A stretch of 64,000 nucleotides of DNA from Lobosporangium transversale (Eukaryota): NCBI RefSeq assembly GCF_002105155.1, contig NW_019028980.1, forward strand, positions 1,240,001-1,304,000, read 5' to 3'. The position numbers were made by a program, and so were the translations under genes. The notes beneath the pieces were generated by a model that searched no databases, was not told where the DNA came from, and saw only the letters and a list, made by a program, of their open reading frames with translations. Position 1 is the stretch's first letter; every line of letters begins with the position of its first letter. Below, piece after piece: positions 50,955 through 63,705 of the stretch.

Positions 50955-51029
<75 letters not shown>

Positions 51030-52903
51030 AATAAATAAATAATGTCTATAAACATACAAGCAAAAAAAAATATCAAGAGCAATGAATATAGTTGTAAAGG
51101 AAACTAAAAAAGAGGCAGACACTTACCCAGACAGCCAATGTTGCCATCCATACCCACGTAATTGAGTCCACAGTCTTGTGCCTCTACCTCTCGTGGGTTT
51201 TCTTCTGTCGTATCACGCATCATCTGAAGTTCTGGATGCTTGAACGCTGCATTGTCATCAAATGCAATCTTGGCATCGAAGCATACCACTTTGGGAAAGG
51301 AATGTTATAAAGTGAAAGAGAGAGAGAAAGAAGTCTGGTTAGTTCCCAAAAGAATGCTGTAACTTAATCTTGTCATACTATTTTGTATAGTGATATCAAT
51401 GGATATAATATAATACCTCGATTATCAGGAGTTAAACCAAAGGGATTGATCTCGATCTGGGTGGCGTCTACCTCCAAGAAGAGCTCATATAGTCTCTGCA
51501 TTTGATCAGAAGCCTCTGCCACGGTCTTTCCTTTAAATCCGAGTTTCATTGCCATATCGAGCGTCTGCTGTTCTGTGGGACCTGTCTCGATATCAACCGG
51601 AGTCTAGATGAATATGAAGAAAGAAAAAAAAATAAAATAAAAACTTGTTGAGCGACAGTCTTTATGATTGAATAAGAGGTGGAACAAAAAAAAAAATAAT
51701 AATATAATAATAATTTGCTCAAGCCCTTGCCTTAAAGATGCGATCAGGATGAGTTTCAGCAACTTGTTCAATCTCTACGCCTCCATCAGGGCTTCCGACC
51801 AAGACAGGACCACCACTCTCACGGTCCATCAAGATTGCAAAATAGGTTTCTTTATCAATGTCCAATGCTTCTGCGACCATGACCTAGACATGTATGCATA
51901 AAATCAAGAAACAGAAAAGAAAACGTAGTTGGTGATAAGCAATTTTTATTTTTATTTTTATTTTTTATAACACATTAAAAACAGATTAACATTATTATCT
52001 TTTTTATTTATCTATTTTTTGTTCTTACCTTGCTGACAAGAACACCGTCCTCGCCTGTTTGCTTTGTCTTGAGCTTGTAGCCCAACATTTCCGTGACCAA
52101 GTCTGGGACTTTTGCAGGGCTTTTTTTTTTATTTTTTTTATTTATTTATTTATTTAAAGAAGAAATAAAAACCATTGAATAAGTGTGGGCATAGATATAG
52201 ATATTGGATATTGGATATTGGATATTGGATATAACGATACAGATGCAATAGGTCTTTGGATATACACACTTGATATATATATTTTTCAACTTACTCTTTT
52301 GTCAGATGTACACCACCTTTGAGTCCACTAGAAAACTCACCCTTGCCTCGTCCACCTGCATGGATCTGAGCCTTGATCACCAGTTCATTTGCCTCTGTGT
52401 GGTGTGGGTATACGAGGGATAGAGAAGAGAGAAAGAAAGAAAGAAATATTTAGTTAATAAAAAATGCTTGTGTCCGGAAAAAATTAGTTTTTAGTTTGCT
52501 TCCCCACACACATTTTGAAATAATGACATCTCTCTCTCTTCTTTTTTTTTTTTTATTTTTTTCCCCTTTGCTTACTAAGACTTAGTGCTGCATTATGTGC
52601 TTGTTCAGGTGTTTCGACGACTGCAAACCGTTGGACGTTCACATTATGTTTAGCCATCAACTGTTTCGATTGATACTCGTGCAAGTTTAGGAACCGGACT
52701 TGACTGGCTACAAATGCCTTGGCTGCTAGGGTCGGTAGCTGTTGGAGCAAAGGAGTGTTTAGTAAAAGGGAAATAGCAATAACAATAACAACAACAGCAA
52801 AATAAAATAATCAAGTTGAGGAGATATATACCTGGCGCTGGACCAGAAGAGGTCGTGCCATTCCAATGGTTGGAACGCGTTGTTTGAATGCATGTCGGAG
52901 CAT
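50567..52903 (-). CDS. SUCLG2: Mitochondrial succinyl-CoA ligase beta subunit, GDP-forming (SUCLG2-like) type, 8 exons
   Basis: Motifs [90 protein letters not shown] and NIFGGI. Includes one GC-AG intron (51730-51604). Confidence 0.9.
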
Positions 52904-53108
52904 AGTGAATAGGAATAGCAAGAAGAAAAGAAAAAAGAAAAAGAAAAAACCTAGGATAAAAAGAACGTAGTGTATGTGTGGTATAGGAAGGAAAGGAAAG
53001 GAAAGGAAAGGAAAGGAAAGGAAGAGGTGAAGAGTAGCAAAAGAAATGAAGAAAAGAAGAAAAAAGAGATACTTTGTTATGATAGGCGTGTGAAAAGTAA
53101 ATGAGAGA

Positions 53109-53207
<99 letters not shown>
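53109..53207. repeat. (AAT)n microsatellite, about 33 units; a (GGAAA)n run lies nearby at about 52986-53022
   Basis: Read directly; intergenic. Confidence 0.95.
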
Positions 53208-53528
53208 TAAACCCGAGTCTCACTTGCTCATGCGATGGGAAAAAAAAAAAAAGAGAGAAAGAGAAAGAGAAGGCACAATCCCTTTCCTTTTCCCTTTGAC
53301 CCTTTGACCCCCCTCCTTTTTTTATTCCCAATTGAACAATGGCTGATGTGTCTTGATATTTTATATGTATATCCCCACATGTCCCATTGAAAATGTCACA
53401 AGAGCACTTTTATAATTCATGCAAGTCTGTCTTTTCAAGTGGTCCGTTCGCATTTATTTTGGTTTGCTCCTTTTCTTGTGCACTTGTCTGTCTATCTCCA
53501 TGAATTATCTTTAACAAATGTCCATGTC

Positions 53529-53793
53529 TCATGTCCTGTGAGAAACTACAAACGAATCAGGGACCATGCCATCCGTGCTGTTCTGAGCATTCGAGTGGTT
53601 CACATACGGATCAATATAATCATCCGGCACCTTTTCATCCTTCATAAACATCCTGCTCATCAACAGCACAAACGAAGCTGATATGAAAATAGTCACTATT
53701 CATATATATACACATAAAAGATATCATTAGTGTCTCTCTTTCTTTCTTTTTTTCTTTCATTTTCTTTGCCACAAAACTGTCCTCTTTTATCAA

Positions 53794-53826
<33 letters not shown>

Positions 53827-55057
53827 CCCCACTTGTTGTACTTACCCATGCCTTTACGGGTCGCTTCCCATTTGGCTGCCTCCATTCGAGTCCTCATATC
53901 CCCCAATTGGGCCATATAATGATTACTCATTGACTGGATCCGAATCTCGAGTTGCTTCTGTTCTTCACGCACATCACTCTTCCGAGAGTTCATATCGATC
54001 GCAATATCGTTCTTCACATTCGCAATGTCCTCCCTCAACTTTTGATTCAAGGAATCGATCTCTCGAGAAATGATTTCACTCCGGATTGCCAAGGCCGCTG
54101 CATCGTTCTTTCGCAAAATCTGGAGCTCTGTCCGGAGTTCTGTCAACGCTGCCTTGAACAAGTACGTCTCATTCTCCAGATCACTCCTCGTCAACATGTT
54201 TTTCCTGACCTTGTTTGTACTGCATAGTCAATCAACAAGTATTAATATTACGCAGATAATAATTACAATATTTCGATTTTTTTTTTTTTTTTTTTTTTTT
54301 TTTATAGAAAATAATAATATTTAGACATACTGTTGTCCAATGAATGCTTTGATGACCCGCATGATACCCTCAGCTTGTCCACGTTGGAATCCATTTGATT
54401 CAAGTTTGGAAACAATCTTGTTCGTATTAAAGTGATGGTTCGTAATGATTGAGCGACGAAAGATTAATGATGATGATAACTGCGGTGGCGATAACAGACC
54501 ATTGGGCTTCCTGAACAGCTGGGTATACTGATGTTTTTGAGTAGAGAGAAATGGACTGTTTCCCATAGAGGACAAGGACGCGGATGAGGACGAGGATAAG
54601 GATAAGCAGGAGAAGAGGGATGAATTTTGACGCTGTGAATGAGATTGGTTCCTGAGATGGATCATGGTTGAATCTTCCTGTCCTGTGCATCCTAAAGAAG
54701 GATGAACGCTGCTGTCACTCCTACTTTTGTAACTATTTGTAGTAGCAGTCGTGTATTTTGAACGAGCAAGGACAGCATTTGAAATGGACAGGCACTTTTG
54801 GCCATGCAATGACTTTGTGACAAGACCTGTTGACCCTAAAAAGAGAAGAAGAAGAAAAAGACATTAGCATTGCTAAACATGATGTGATATGAATGTGATA
54901 TGAATGTGATATGAATGTGATATGAATGTGATGAATGTGATGAATGTGATGAATGTGATGAATGTGATGAATGTGATGAATGTGATGAATGTGATGAATG
55001 TGCTCCCAGGTTGTTCATATACCAACCTCGAGAGATCAGCTGTGGAGATGCGTTCAT
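53529..55057 (-). CDS. Mitochondrial DUF1640 coiled-coil protein (CCDC90/MCUR1/Fmp32 family), 358 aa; exons 55057-55027, 54835-54331, 54219-53846, 53695-53529
   Basis: HHFNTNKIVSKLESNGFQRGQAEGIM head motif, a long coiled coil and a C-terminal hydrophobic segment VTIFISASFVLLM. 1077 nt, in frame. Confidence 0.85.
54880..55001. repeat. Intronic minisatellite of GAATGTGAT (9-mer) and GAATGTGATAT (11-mer) units
   Basis: Read directly; lies in intron 1 of the DUF1640 gene. Confidence 0.9.
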
Positions 55058-55423
55058 TGAGACAGATATTATAAAAACAAAATAACAAAATAACAAAATA
55101 ACAAGAATAAAAAAAGAGAGGGCAAAGTGAGGGAGTGTGGGAAAGTAAAGAGGAAAAGTAAAAGAAAGAAAGAGTATGCGTTGGAGAGAGTGGAGAGAAA
55201 GTGTTGTGGAATTTCAGGAACGGACAAGATTTAAAGTGGAATGAACAAAAAAGAAACTCAACGACTCAGTTACTACGCGTTTACATCCTGTTCCAGGTCA
55301 CAGGTTCACAAGCCACATTGTTGCTTTTTCTTTAATAAAGTCAAAGTAAAATATCCAGTTGACAAAGCAAAGGCAGCCTTTCCGTAACTCTTAATTAATT
55401 CATTAATCTCTTTTTCAACCAGC

Positions 55424-56251
55424 ATGTTCTCATTCACAAGGTCACTTGGTACTCGTCTATCCGGTATCACTGCCAGATATGCATCCACAGCCGCCAATGG
55501 TAATCCCTTCTTTGACACATTGCCACATTGCTTCACTTATAGATCTTGATCAGCATTTACTTTTTTTTTTTTTTTTTTTAAACTTCTTCCGAAGCAATAT
55601 TAGTAAAAAAAAAAAAAAAAAAAAAAACATGATTGATCAGGAACAATGATTAACTATTAACAACCCTTCTTCCCTTCTTGTCCTGCCTATATATACACAT
55701 ACATTTTATATACTTCATATATCTATATAAAATAGCTGCTATCAAGCCCGTATACACTGCTCCAGCTTCTGTATCAATACCAAAGCAATTCAAACCCAAC
55801 ACTCGTGGACAGGGATTAATGGAATTGATTTCAAAGGAAGAGATCAAACGGATGGGAGCAGACGGTCGTTCTAATCTCTTCAACAAATCCCATCCGGATT
55901 GTCTCCGTCCTGGAGATGTGGTTCTTGTAGAGACACTCAACTCAATGTCCTCTGACAAGACCAGCACCTTCATCGGAGTCTTGATCGCAATGGACCGCCG
56001 TGGTCTCCACAGTAATTCACAGTCCAGGAACGTGGTCCTCAAAGTTGGCGTCGAGATGAAATACATGCTATATTCACCCCTGATCAAATCTGTCCGCATC
56101 ATGAAGCGAGGAGAAGGTTTTCAGGAGAGCAAAACTTTTCTACTTGAGAGACAATCCAGGACGTGCTTTCCGTTTGGAGGGCTTGGCTAAGCAGGATAAG
56201 ATCACTCAGGCTCAAGCTCAGGCCAAGAAGGCAGCAACAGACAAGGCATAG
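55424..56251 (+). CDS. IMG1: Mitochondrial ribosomal protein bL19m (Img1/MRPL19); exons 55424-55499 and 55736-56251, with an apparent +1 indel at 56118-56121
   Basis: Presequence MFSFTRSLGTRLS, then LRPGDVVLVE, FIGVLIAMDRRG, RNVVLKVGVE and YSPLIKSV. The conserved RRAKLFYLR motif is present but in the next frame after a T4 run. Confidence 0.85.
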
Positions 56252-56680
56252 CTCCATCAATGAGCAGGAGGAGGATTATAGGAAGAAGAGAGAGAGGAGG
56301 AGAGGGGAGGAGGGGCATTTGGCAACCATTAGAACAATTTACGGAATAGCTTTGGCAACTTTTGAAATATTTACAATACATCAATACATGTTAGTACCAT
56401 ACTATACATACTATACGATTTGGTGAAGATGTGAAAGGTCTTTTCGATAGGAGGGCTCTGTCCATAAGGTGGTTGTGACGTTCTTTTGGAAGCAATTTAT
56501 CCATTTATTCGTAGTAGGCGCGACAGAATTGTTCACGCGCACCTGCTGCTTTCCCCCCTCTTTCCACTTTATCTGCATTTTTACTTTTTTTTTTTTTTGC
56601 TGTTCTCGTCATTTTACTTTCCATATAACCTCATACTCATTCACTTGCCATAAAACTAAACCTTACAAACCTACAAAAGT

Positions 56681-58071
56681 ATGGTCATTCACAACAATAA
56701 CAACGGCAACAGTAACGTACCAGAAGTGCCACTCGCACTCGTCTCAAACGCGTACCTGGACGAGTTGACCGCTGGTTTGAGAGCACGTCCTATCCCGTGG
56801 GAGGTACATTACTCTTACATGCAAAGCAAAAAAAAAAAAAAAAAAAACTATTCACTTCATTCACTTCGACTTTAGTCTTACTGCTCCAGAGCAGACTGCA
56901 CCATGTAGAACCTCAATAACCAAAGCAACAACAACAGCACCAGTAGAGGCATTTGCCCAATCACTAATTTATTCCTTATCTTCTTAGGGTTACCAAAGAG
57001 CTACACTTATTACACAAAAGGAATTGGAATACATTAAAGCTGTAGACAAGAAGACAGGCGAGGACCTGTCTCGGGTGGTTGACCAGGTACGCCTTTGAGA
57101 ATAGCAGTTAGCAGAGTCAAATCCATTTGAAGCAAAACCGACAATTTCTTTTGACTGGGGTTTTTTCTTTTCTTTTCTTTTATTTATTAAAGGAGGGAAA
57201 AGTATATGCTGAGTTGTTCATCAGTCTCTTACAAAAACTTGTCCGTGTCGATACGATTCAATCGATTCTCATATTGGTTGATGATCTACTTATGGGTAAA
57301 AAATAAGATTTTTTCTTTCTACTTGCCTACTTGCAATTGAGATATTAAAAAATCTCAATATTCTCATGTTGATTTCCTTCTTTCTTCTTTATTTTTAAAA
57401 ATAAATAGATCATGAAGAACGAGCATCTTATTTCCTAGGACTTGCAAAGGGTGACCCCACTCTTCCTTATGCCCCTCTCTTAAAGTAAGGTTAATATGTT
57501 ATGTATATATGTATGTAAAAGAGTGCAGAACCTGTGATAACATCTGACCCTTCTTTTTTTTTTTTTTTTTTTTTTCATTGCGTGATCATATCAATACCCT
57601 TACCTGTATATTCATACACACATATATAAAAGATGCCTACGAAGTGATGATGAATTTGTACCTTTAAAGGCCAGCAAGATCTTGACGATGCTTCTGTGTG
57701 CGAGTCCTAAACCGAACGAAGATGCTGCACAGGAATTGTTCCGATGGACAACAGCTCAGCTACAGAGTAACAATCATTCAGTAGTCGATCTGGCTGTCCA
57801 GGTATTGGAGTCTGCCCTTCGCCAGAGAAGTTTGAGACTCATTTATTGGAACACACCTCAGGCCATGGATGCATTGGTCCGGATCATAAAGAGGGACTCT
57901 CCAACGCCTCAAATGCAATACCAAGTCATTTATTGCTTCTGGATCTTATCCTTTGATACCCAAATCGCAGAGGAGCTCAATCAGTAATGATTCACAAAAT
58001 GAAAAGAAAAAGCCCGAGTCAACTAATATATATACATGTATATATGAATATTGCGTTGACTGATATGAAAA

Positions 58072-58107
<36 letters not shown>

Positions 58108-58506
58108 CTCTTTATTTATTTACCTATAGGAAATACGATATTATCCCAACACTTGTAGAGATTGCAAAATCAGCCATCAAGGAGAAAGTAATTCGTGTTA
58201 TCATCTCCACCTTGCGTGTAAGTCCATACTTTTTCTAGAGAACACTTTATTAAGGAGAAGTATGAATAACGACTTTGCAATTACAGGTATTAATTCTTGT
58301 CCAATCTATATTTGTATTTGTACACAAACATAGAACTTGGTTGAAAAAGCACCAGAGGCAAATTTGGCTGCCATGGCTGCTGTCAAGTTGCTGACTTTTA
58401 CAGAGAATCTATCGACTCGAAAGTGGACCGATGGTGAAATCCTAGAGGATGTCAACTATCTCAAGGCGGAATTGGAAGAGAATTTCCAGACATTGACGTA
58501 AGTAGC

Positions 58507-58538
<32 letters not shown>

Positions 58539-59265
58539 TTGTTAACTGTTAATTGTAGTTTGGGTTCATTTCTATACATAATTAACAAACTGAATATTCT
58601 TTTTTTTTTTTCCGGGACATGCTCAAAAGTACATTTGAGGTTTATCAAGCAGAGTTGTTGTCGGGAAGATTGACTTGGTCACCACCACATCAATCAGATC
58701 TTTTCTGGACAAAGAACTGGCGTGAACTAAAGAACGATAACTATGCCCTCTTGAGGTTAGCCTTTTACTACGTTTCTTTTATTCAGCAGGCAGCTTTTTA
58801 ATGTTGTTTATTTATATACTTATTTATTCTTTCTTTAATCCTTAAAATGTATCATGCTAATGAAACGGATTTTTTTTCCTTTTTTTTTTTTTTTTTTTTT
58901 TTTTTTTCTTCCTTTTAACTCCCTTGCAGGGTGCTTGCGCGATTGCTCAGTACAGCAACGGATACAGTCGTACTTGCTGTTGCTGCCAATGACATTGGAC
59001 AATACGTTAAACGGGATCCTGCTAGTAAAAAGTAACTTATAAACAAATGCACAACTTGAATTTTTTTTTTTTTTTTTTTTTGGCTATTAGAGGTGCAACT
59101 AACCAAGGGATTTTATGATTGTTTGTGTGGCGATTATTCAGGTTTTTACAAGAGATTGGAGTCAAGCAAAAGATTATGGAGCTGATGTCGCACCCTGATC
59201 AGGAGGTTCGTTATAACAGTGTGAACGCCAGTTGGTCCCTGATTGGAGGCAGTGGGCATGTTTAA
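56681..59265 (+). CDS. VMA13: V-type proton ATPase subunit H, about 10 exons
   Basis: LRARPIPWE-GYQRA, QMQYQVIYCFWILSF, AIKEKVIRV, GRLTWSPPHQSDLFW, VLAVAANDIGQYV and KQKIMELMSHPDQEVRY. Confidence 0.93.
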
Positions 59266-59593
59266 AGACAAGGAAGATGGGGATCTACAAAAAAAATAAA
59301 AAAAAAAAAAAATCAATGTTCCTCTCATGTTTTATATTAGAATTTAAAAAAAATAAAAATAAAAAAAAAAGTTTTCTCCATTTAATAGCTTGTTAATTGA
59401 CATTAGTTGTTCCTTTTGGTTTAAAAAAACACACACAAACACATTACAGAATAATAATAATAATAATAATAAGTTAAAAGAAGACCAAACTCTTTCGCTT
59501 TTGTTCAGAAGATGGGACCAGATCTTGCTTTGGCCTTATTGCGCAAGGAACTTTTATCTCTTTTTTTTTTTTTTTCTTTTTTTTTTTTCAGCA

Positions 59594-59989
59594 TCATGGT
59601 GATAGCCATCCATTATAGAAGAAAAGATAGCCTTCGTTATCCTTCTTCGGAAGTGTATTCAAGGCCTTGGAGCGAATCTGAATCAATGTTAGGACAGGGA
59701 GTGCTCTGTGTCTTTGGCAGTGGCTGTCATTTCTCTGTGTCTTGTTGGTGTAACCATTTTGGGGTATATTTATCAAAGTGGCCAAATATCTTTGGCTCGT
59801 CACCAGCCTGAGGACGAAGTTCATGTGCACATGCACGTACCGAAAGGCAAATCTGGCTTGCTCTTGCAGACACTTCTCTCTCAGGCTGGGACCCAAACTT
59901 GACATTTTGGCTGGAGGTCTCTTTTTTAAATTTGAAAAAGTTTCAAAGTCGAAAACACGCCGCAGGAAAGGCTCTTTTTTTTCTGCCAT
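59594..59989 (-). CDS. Possible small hypothetical gene; structure unresolved
   Basis: ATG-initiated 131-aa ORF in a less AT-rich island, with a GTACGT donor and a CTAAC branch-like site. The obvious splice gives only about 55 aa and no domain is recognised. Confidence 0.25.
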   Translation of the reverse strand: MAEKKEPFLRRVFDFETFSNLKKRPPAKMSSLGPSLREKCLQEQARFAFRYVHVHMNFVLRLVTSQRYLATLINIPQNGYTNKTQRNDSHCQRHRALPVLTLIQIRSKALNTLPKKDNEGYLFFYNGWLSP

Positions 59990-60004
59990 TCTCGCCGCAG
60001 AAAA

Positions 60005-60035
<31 letters not shown>

Positions 60036-60499
60036 CAAAGTCCAGACTAGGATATTGATTTGATTGAGAACGAACGAGGAATGAGAAAAAAGAATGGTAT
60101 ATTTCGCGTAAAAAGAGTCATCATGCTCTAATTAATCAACTAATTACCTTTAATTAAGATAGTGTGCTTAATAAGGTCAGAGAGATGGAAACGAGAACTG
60201 TGGAGTAGATTCAAATGTTAGAGTAATAAAATGTTAGAATAATAGATGGCAACGCAGATGATGGAAACAAGAGATGATTGGTAAAAATGAGGCTAGTGAT
60301 TTGGGTGTGTGTGTAGGACCGATTAAAAAGTGCCATCCCGTTTGTCAAAAGGGCAAGTGGATAGTGATGGCTCCGTTCATAAAGGATGAACGATTGTAAA
60401 AGGATACTCAATAGATATGGTATTTTCATTACAAGACAAAATTCCTTTCACTTGATTGACATTCGACTCTTTTCTTCATGCTTGAGCCTCGGCGGTCCT

Positions 60500-60900
60500 C
60501 CTGCATATGCGATATTGATATGAGTTTTTATGACACACTGTCCCGCATGTTTTAAATATCTAGGTGTTGCCTTAACACTCTGATCGTTGTTGATAACGAG
60601 CTCCTAAGCTTTAAGCTTGACGTGTATGTCGCCTGGGACCATGGAACGGAGGAATGTGACATTGTCACTTTTCTCCGAGGTTTGATCGGTTTCTCTTCAA
60701 GCATGATCCAGTAAATATTATCAATCATCTCCTTGGATGATGCTTGCTTGATCGGATGCTCCTCTGATGTGACCTGGAATGGCTTGTCGGGTCCCAACAC
60801 AAAACTTATGGGTGGAAAGATAGGAATAGACAATAGAAACAACTTGCCACTTGCTTGAGAAAATTCCGATGATGCAGCTGCGGCAATTCGCTTGGTGTGC
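60500..60900 (-). pseudogene. Decayed C-terminal fragment of a Crinkler (CRN)-like protein
   Basis: PDKPFQVTSEEHPIKQASSKEMID resembles the LFQVTVS..HPIK motif of CRN nuclease-like C-termini and the APFKEIID segment at the window end. Frameshifted. Confidence 0.55.
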
Positions 60901-61099
60901 TCACTTCTCCTTGCTCAGGTTCTCTAAATAGTGATATTTTAGTTTATCTATTAGTGCCACATTATAAAATTGTGTCTGTGCCATTGTCATAAACAATGGC
61001 GAGTAAAAAGAAGTAAAAGAAACGATCGCTACTTTTTCCTTGGTCCCTTATCCCTGCTTGGCCTACTGGGCTTGTCGTCCTCCGCTTGAGTCGACTCAC

Positions 61100-63150
61100 T
61101 TTTTCCTTTATTTGATCCGCTGTTCAACAAGCTAATATTGAATACGTCGTTTCTATTCGTTTGTCTTTGATGACAGGGGCTTCTTTGACTTTAGCTACTG
61201 AATAACCACCCTGTTCGTGATAAGGCAATATGATAAGCCAACGTGATAAGTAAGGCCTAAACAACAGCAACAAGGATATGTCATTCGAGCAAAAGCCGAG
61301 AGAAGACGGTGATGAGAGGTGTTCTTTGATGCAATTATGGCAAGTTGTATTATGGGCATCCTTAATTCTTGACCTTATCGCCGATTTTTGACTGTACGGA
61401 AACAGGATAATATTTACCCTCCGATTCTAATACAAAGACGATATCTGGTCCAGACAGGTTCTCTTTTGGAAACAAAAAAAAAAAAAGCGAGATTAACTTG
61501 GATTCATGTATTGAGTCTTTGTTACAGTGAGTATCCAAGAATTCGTTCATTGTTATAATTCTGGAAGATTGAAATTAAACAAAGCGGGACTGAAATACTC
61601 AAAATGTGTGCCCTTTGTGCCAGACGTAGTGGGCATCTAGTAACACACTGTTAACCAATTTAACCAATCCAGGGTCATCCACTTCAAATATGTTAAATGC
61701 CATTGGCTCAACGACAATCGTAAATTCCTTCTTCCTTTGATTAACGACAGTTCGAGCAAACGAAGCCTCGACCGGAACAGGCTCATTGTACTCCAATATC
61801 AAGTCTTTACTATATAGTAACCTATTCTTTACGGCTCGACCGAAGGTTTCCCTGATGTCGACACTGGTTTTAATTCCTGCATCCCCTTTGTTAATACGCT
61901 TCAGAATCCTAGATTACTCATGGCATAGGTTACCAGATTCTTTATATCCTGGATCAGTGAGCGACCACACCAGGCCCTTGATTTCTTGCTTCCAAAGGCC
62001 TGCGTCGGCACGTCCAATGAGGTTTTCTATTATAGTGATCATTGGACGGAGACGACCACAGGACCAAGTATATAGCATCCCGATTGCTTGATCATTAAAA
62101 TGGCCTCTCAGCTTTGATGCAGAGCTTGAGGAACCTTGTTTCTCCAAATATCGTACAAGTGTCTTGAAGTATGTCCGGACTTTTGCTTGATTATCCCATC
62201 TAGGAAACGATACTGCACTCTTGAACCTCGAGTCATCGAGAACTTCTCGATATTCCTTGAAGCTTTGCCAGTTCTCTTAATCCAAGCAGGATCATAAATA
62301 CAAAAGCCTATCCCGCAAGGAACTATGCAGATTTGTAGTAAATTCTCTGATAAACCCTCCAATCCATGAAAGAATGCTGATAATATTGGTCGCTTAGTGT
62401 TGTCGTTATTAATAAACTGGTATTTAGCCTCCCCTCCCCATATCCTGCGTCTCGTTCAAAATAACCAAAAACATAGAGTTGCCTTGATGCCGCTCCGAAA
62501 GGACCCTGATTAGATTGTCGAACCAATCTTGCAGGAGCTTGTCAAGGCAATTAAAGCCAACTCCACCAAGTAATTCTGCTACTTTTGTGAAGAGCGCTAG
62601 GAATAAATCTGTCCTGGATGGAACCGAGTTTCCTCAATGAACTTCTCCAAGGACCTGTGGACACACTTGCAATAGCATCCATTGGCTAGGCGTCATTCTA
62701 CCTTCGGACAAGTAAAAAGGGTAAATTGATGAGCATCAAATATAAAACATAAAGGCACTTTTGCTTACGTTCTTCAAGGGGTATACGAAAACCAAACTGC
62801 GATTAACCGCCTATGAACGCAAGACACAGAACATTTGGTGAGATTATAAACAAGCGTGGATATCCCAGACATCAAGGACCTTTTCCTCCTAATCTCCCAT
62901 CCGTCTAGCATGGCTCCCAAGGTAATTGATGTGAGAGGGATGATTCTGGCGAGATTGATGCCCTCAACAGCATGTAGCATTAATATACCGAGAACTATGA
63001 ATATATTGACGACACAATCTAATATTGTATCACATTTTACCGGTCAAGCGCGTGGCAGCCTTGGCCACATTCTTGATGTTTTTTTATTCCATGTCCCTGG
63101 ACGCCTAGAGATTCAGACGCACCGTCTTCACATACTGACACTGAATTGGC
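61100..63150 (-). pseudogene. Heavily fragmented gene of a CRN-associated NTPase / restriction-endonuclease-like family
   Basis: Collinear fragments IVPCGIGFCIYD, SCGRLRPMITIIE, VVEPMAF, KGHTF and NLSGPDIVFVL...PVSVQSK, broken by many stops and frameshifts. Family assignment from motif recall only. Confidence 0.5.
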
Positions 63151-63179
63151 CGAACATACAACAAATATGATCTCATTGA

Positions 63180-63600
63180 TCACAGGTTGCCATCCCGTGC
63201 ACGCACCATGGGGCTAAAACGACATTTATGTCTTTAGAGCGGAGCTGTCATCCTAGCTCCTGGTTAAACGTTCTGGCGCCCTGGATGATGATAATTGATA
63301 GGCCTTCCGCAAGTGGCAAGCATCCAGATGACAAAGCATATGAGAAAGGATAATTTCCTATGCCAGCTGTCCTGGTGATAATAATATGGTTTTGGGTCTC
63401 ATCATCAGACTCTCACTGGGTTCTCCACAGGATTCTTCATCTCTATCCGTTTTTACAAAACTCTTTGATAATAGTATCACAAAATCCTGCACACAAGATC
63501 GCATAATGACACAGCTTTATAAAGTTCTAAATGCCCCAGTAGAAGGCAGGACGGATTAAACCGCTCTATCTATTCGTCTAAAAGGTAAGTGGATGATGAT
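63180..63600 (-). pseudogene. Decayed N-terminal/P-loop fragment of a CRN-like gene
   Basis: MRSCVQDFV, HIIITRTAGIGN (eroded IITGTPGIGK Walker A) and LAPW-like remnants. Multiple disruptions. Confidence 0.45.
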
Positions 63601-63705
63601 GGCTTCATTCATAAAGAATGAGCCATTGTAAAAAAATTCTCAAGGAACGGGTATAATGCTTTTTTTAAAAAAGACAAAATTTCATCCACTTGATTGGTAT
63701 TCGAT

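Noticed and set aside
53077..53331. Poly-Tyr and poly-Ile ORFs
   Set aside because: Translations of the (AAT)n microsatellite.
54880..55001. Tandem repeat as a CRISPR array or telomeric seed
   Set aside because: No spacers, eukaryotic intron context, and the unit does not match a telomere repeat I can support.
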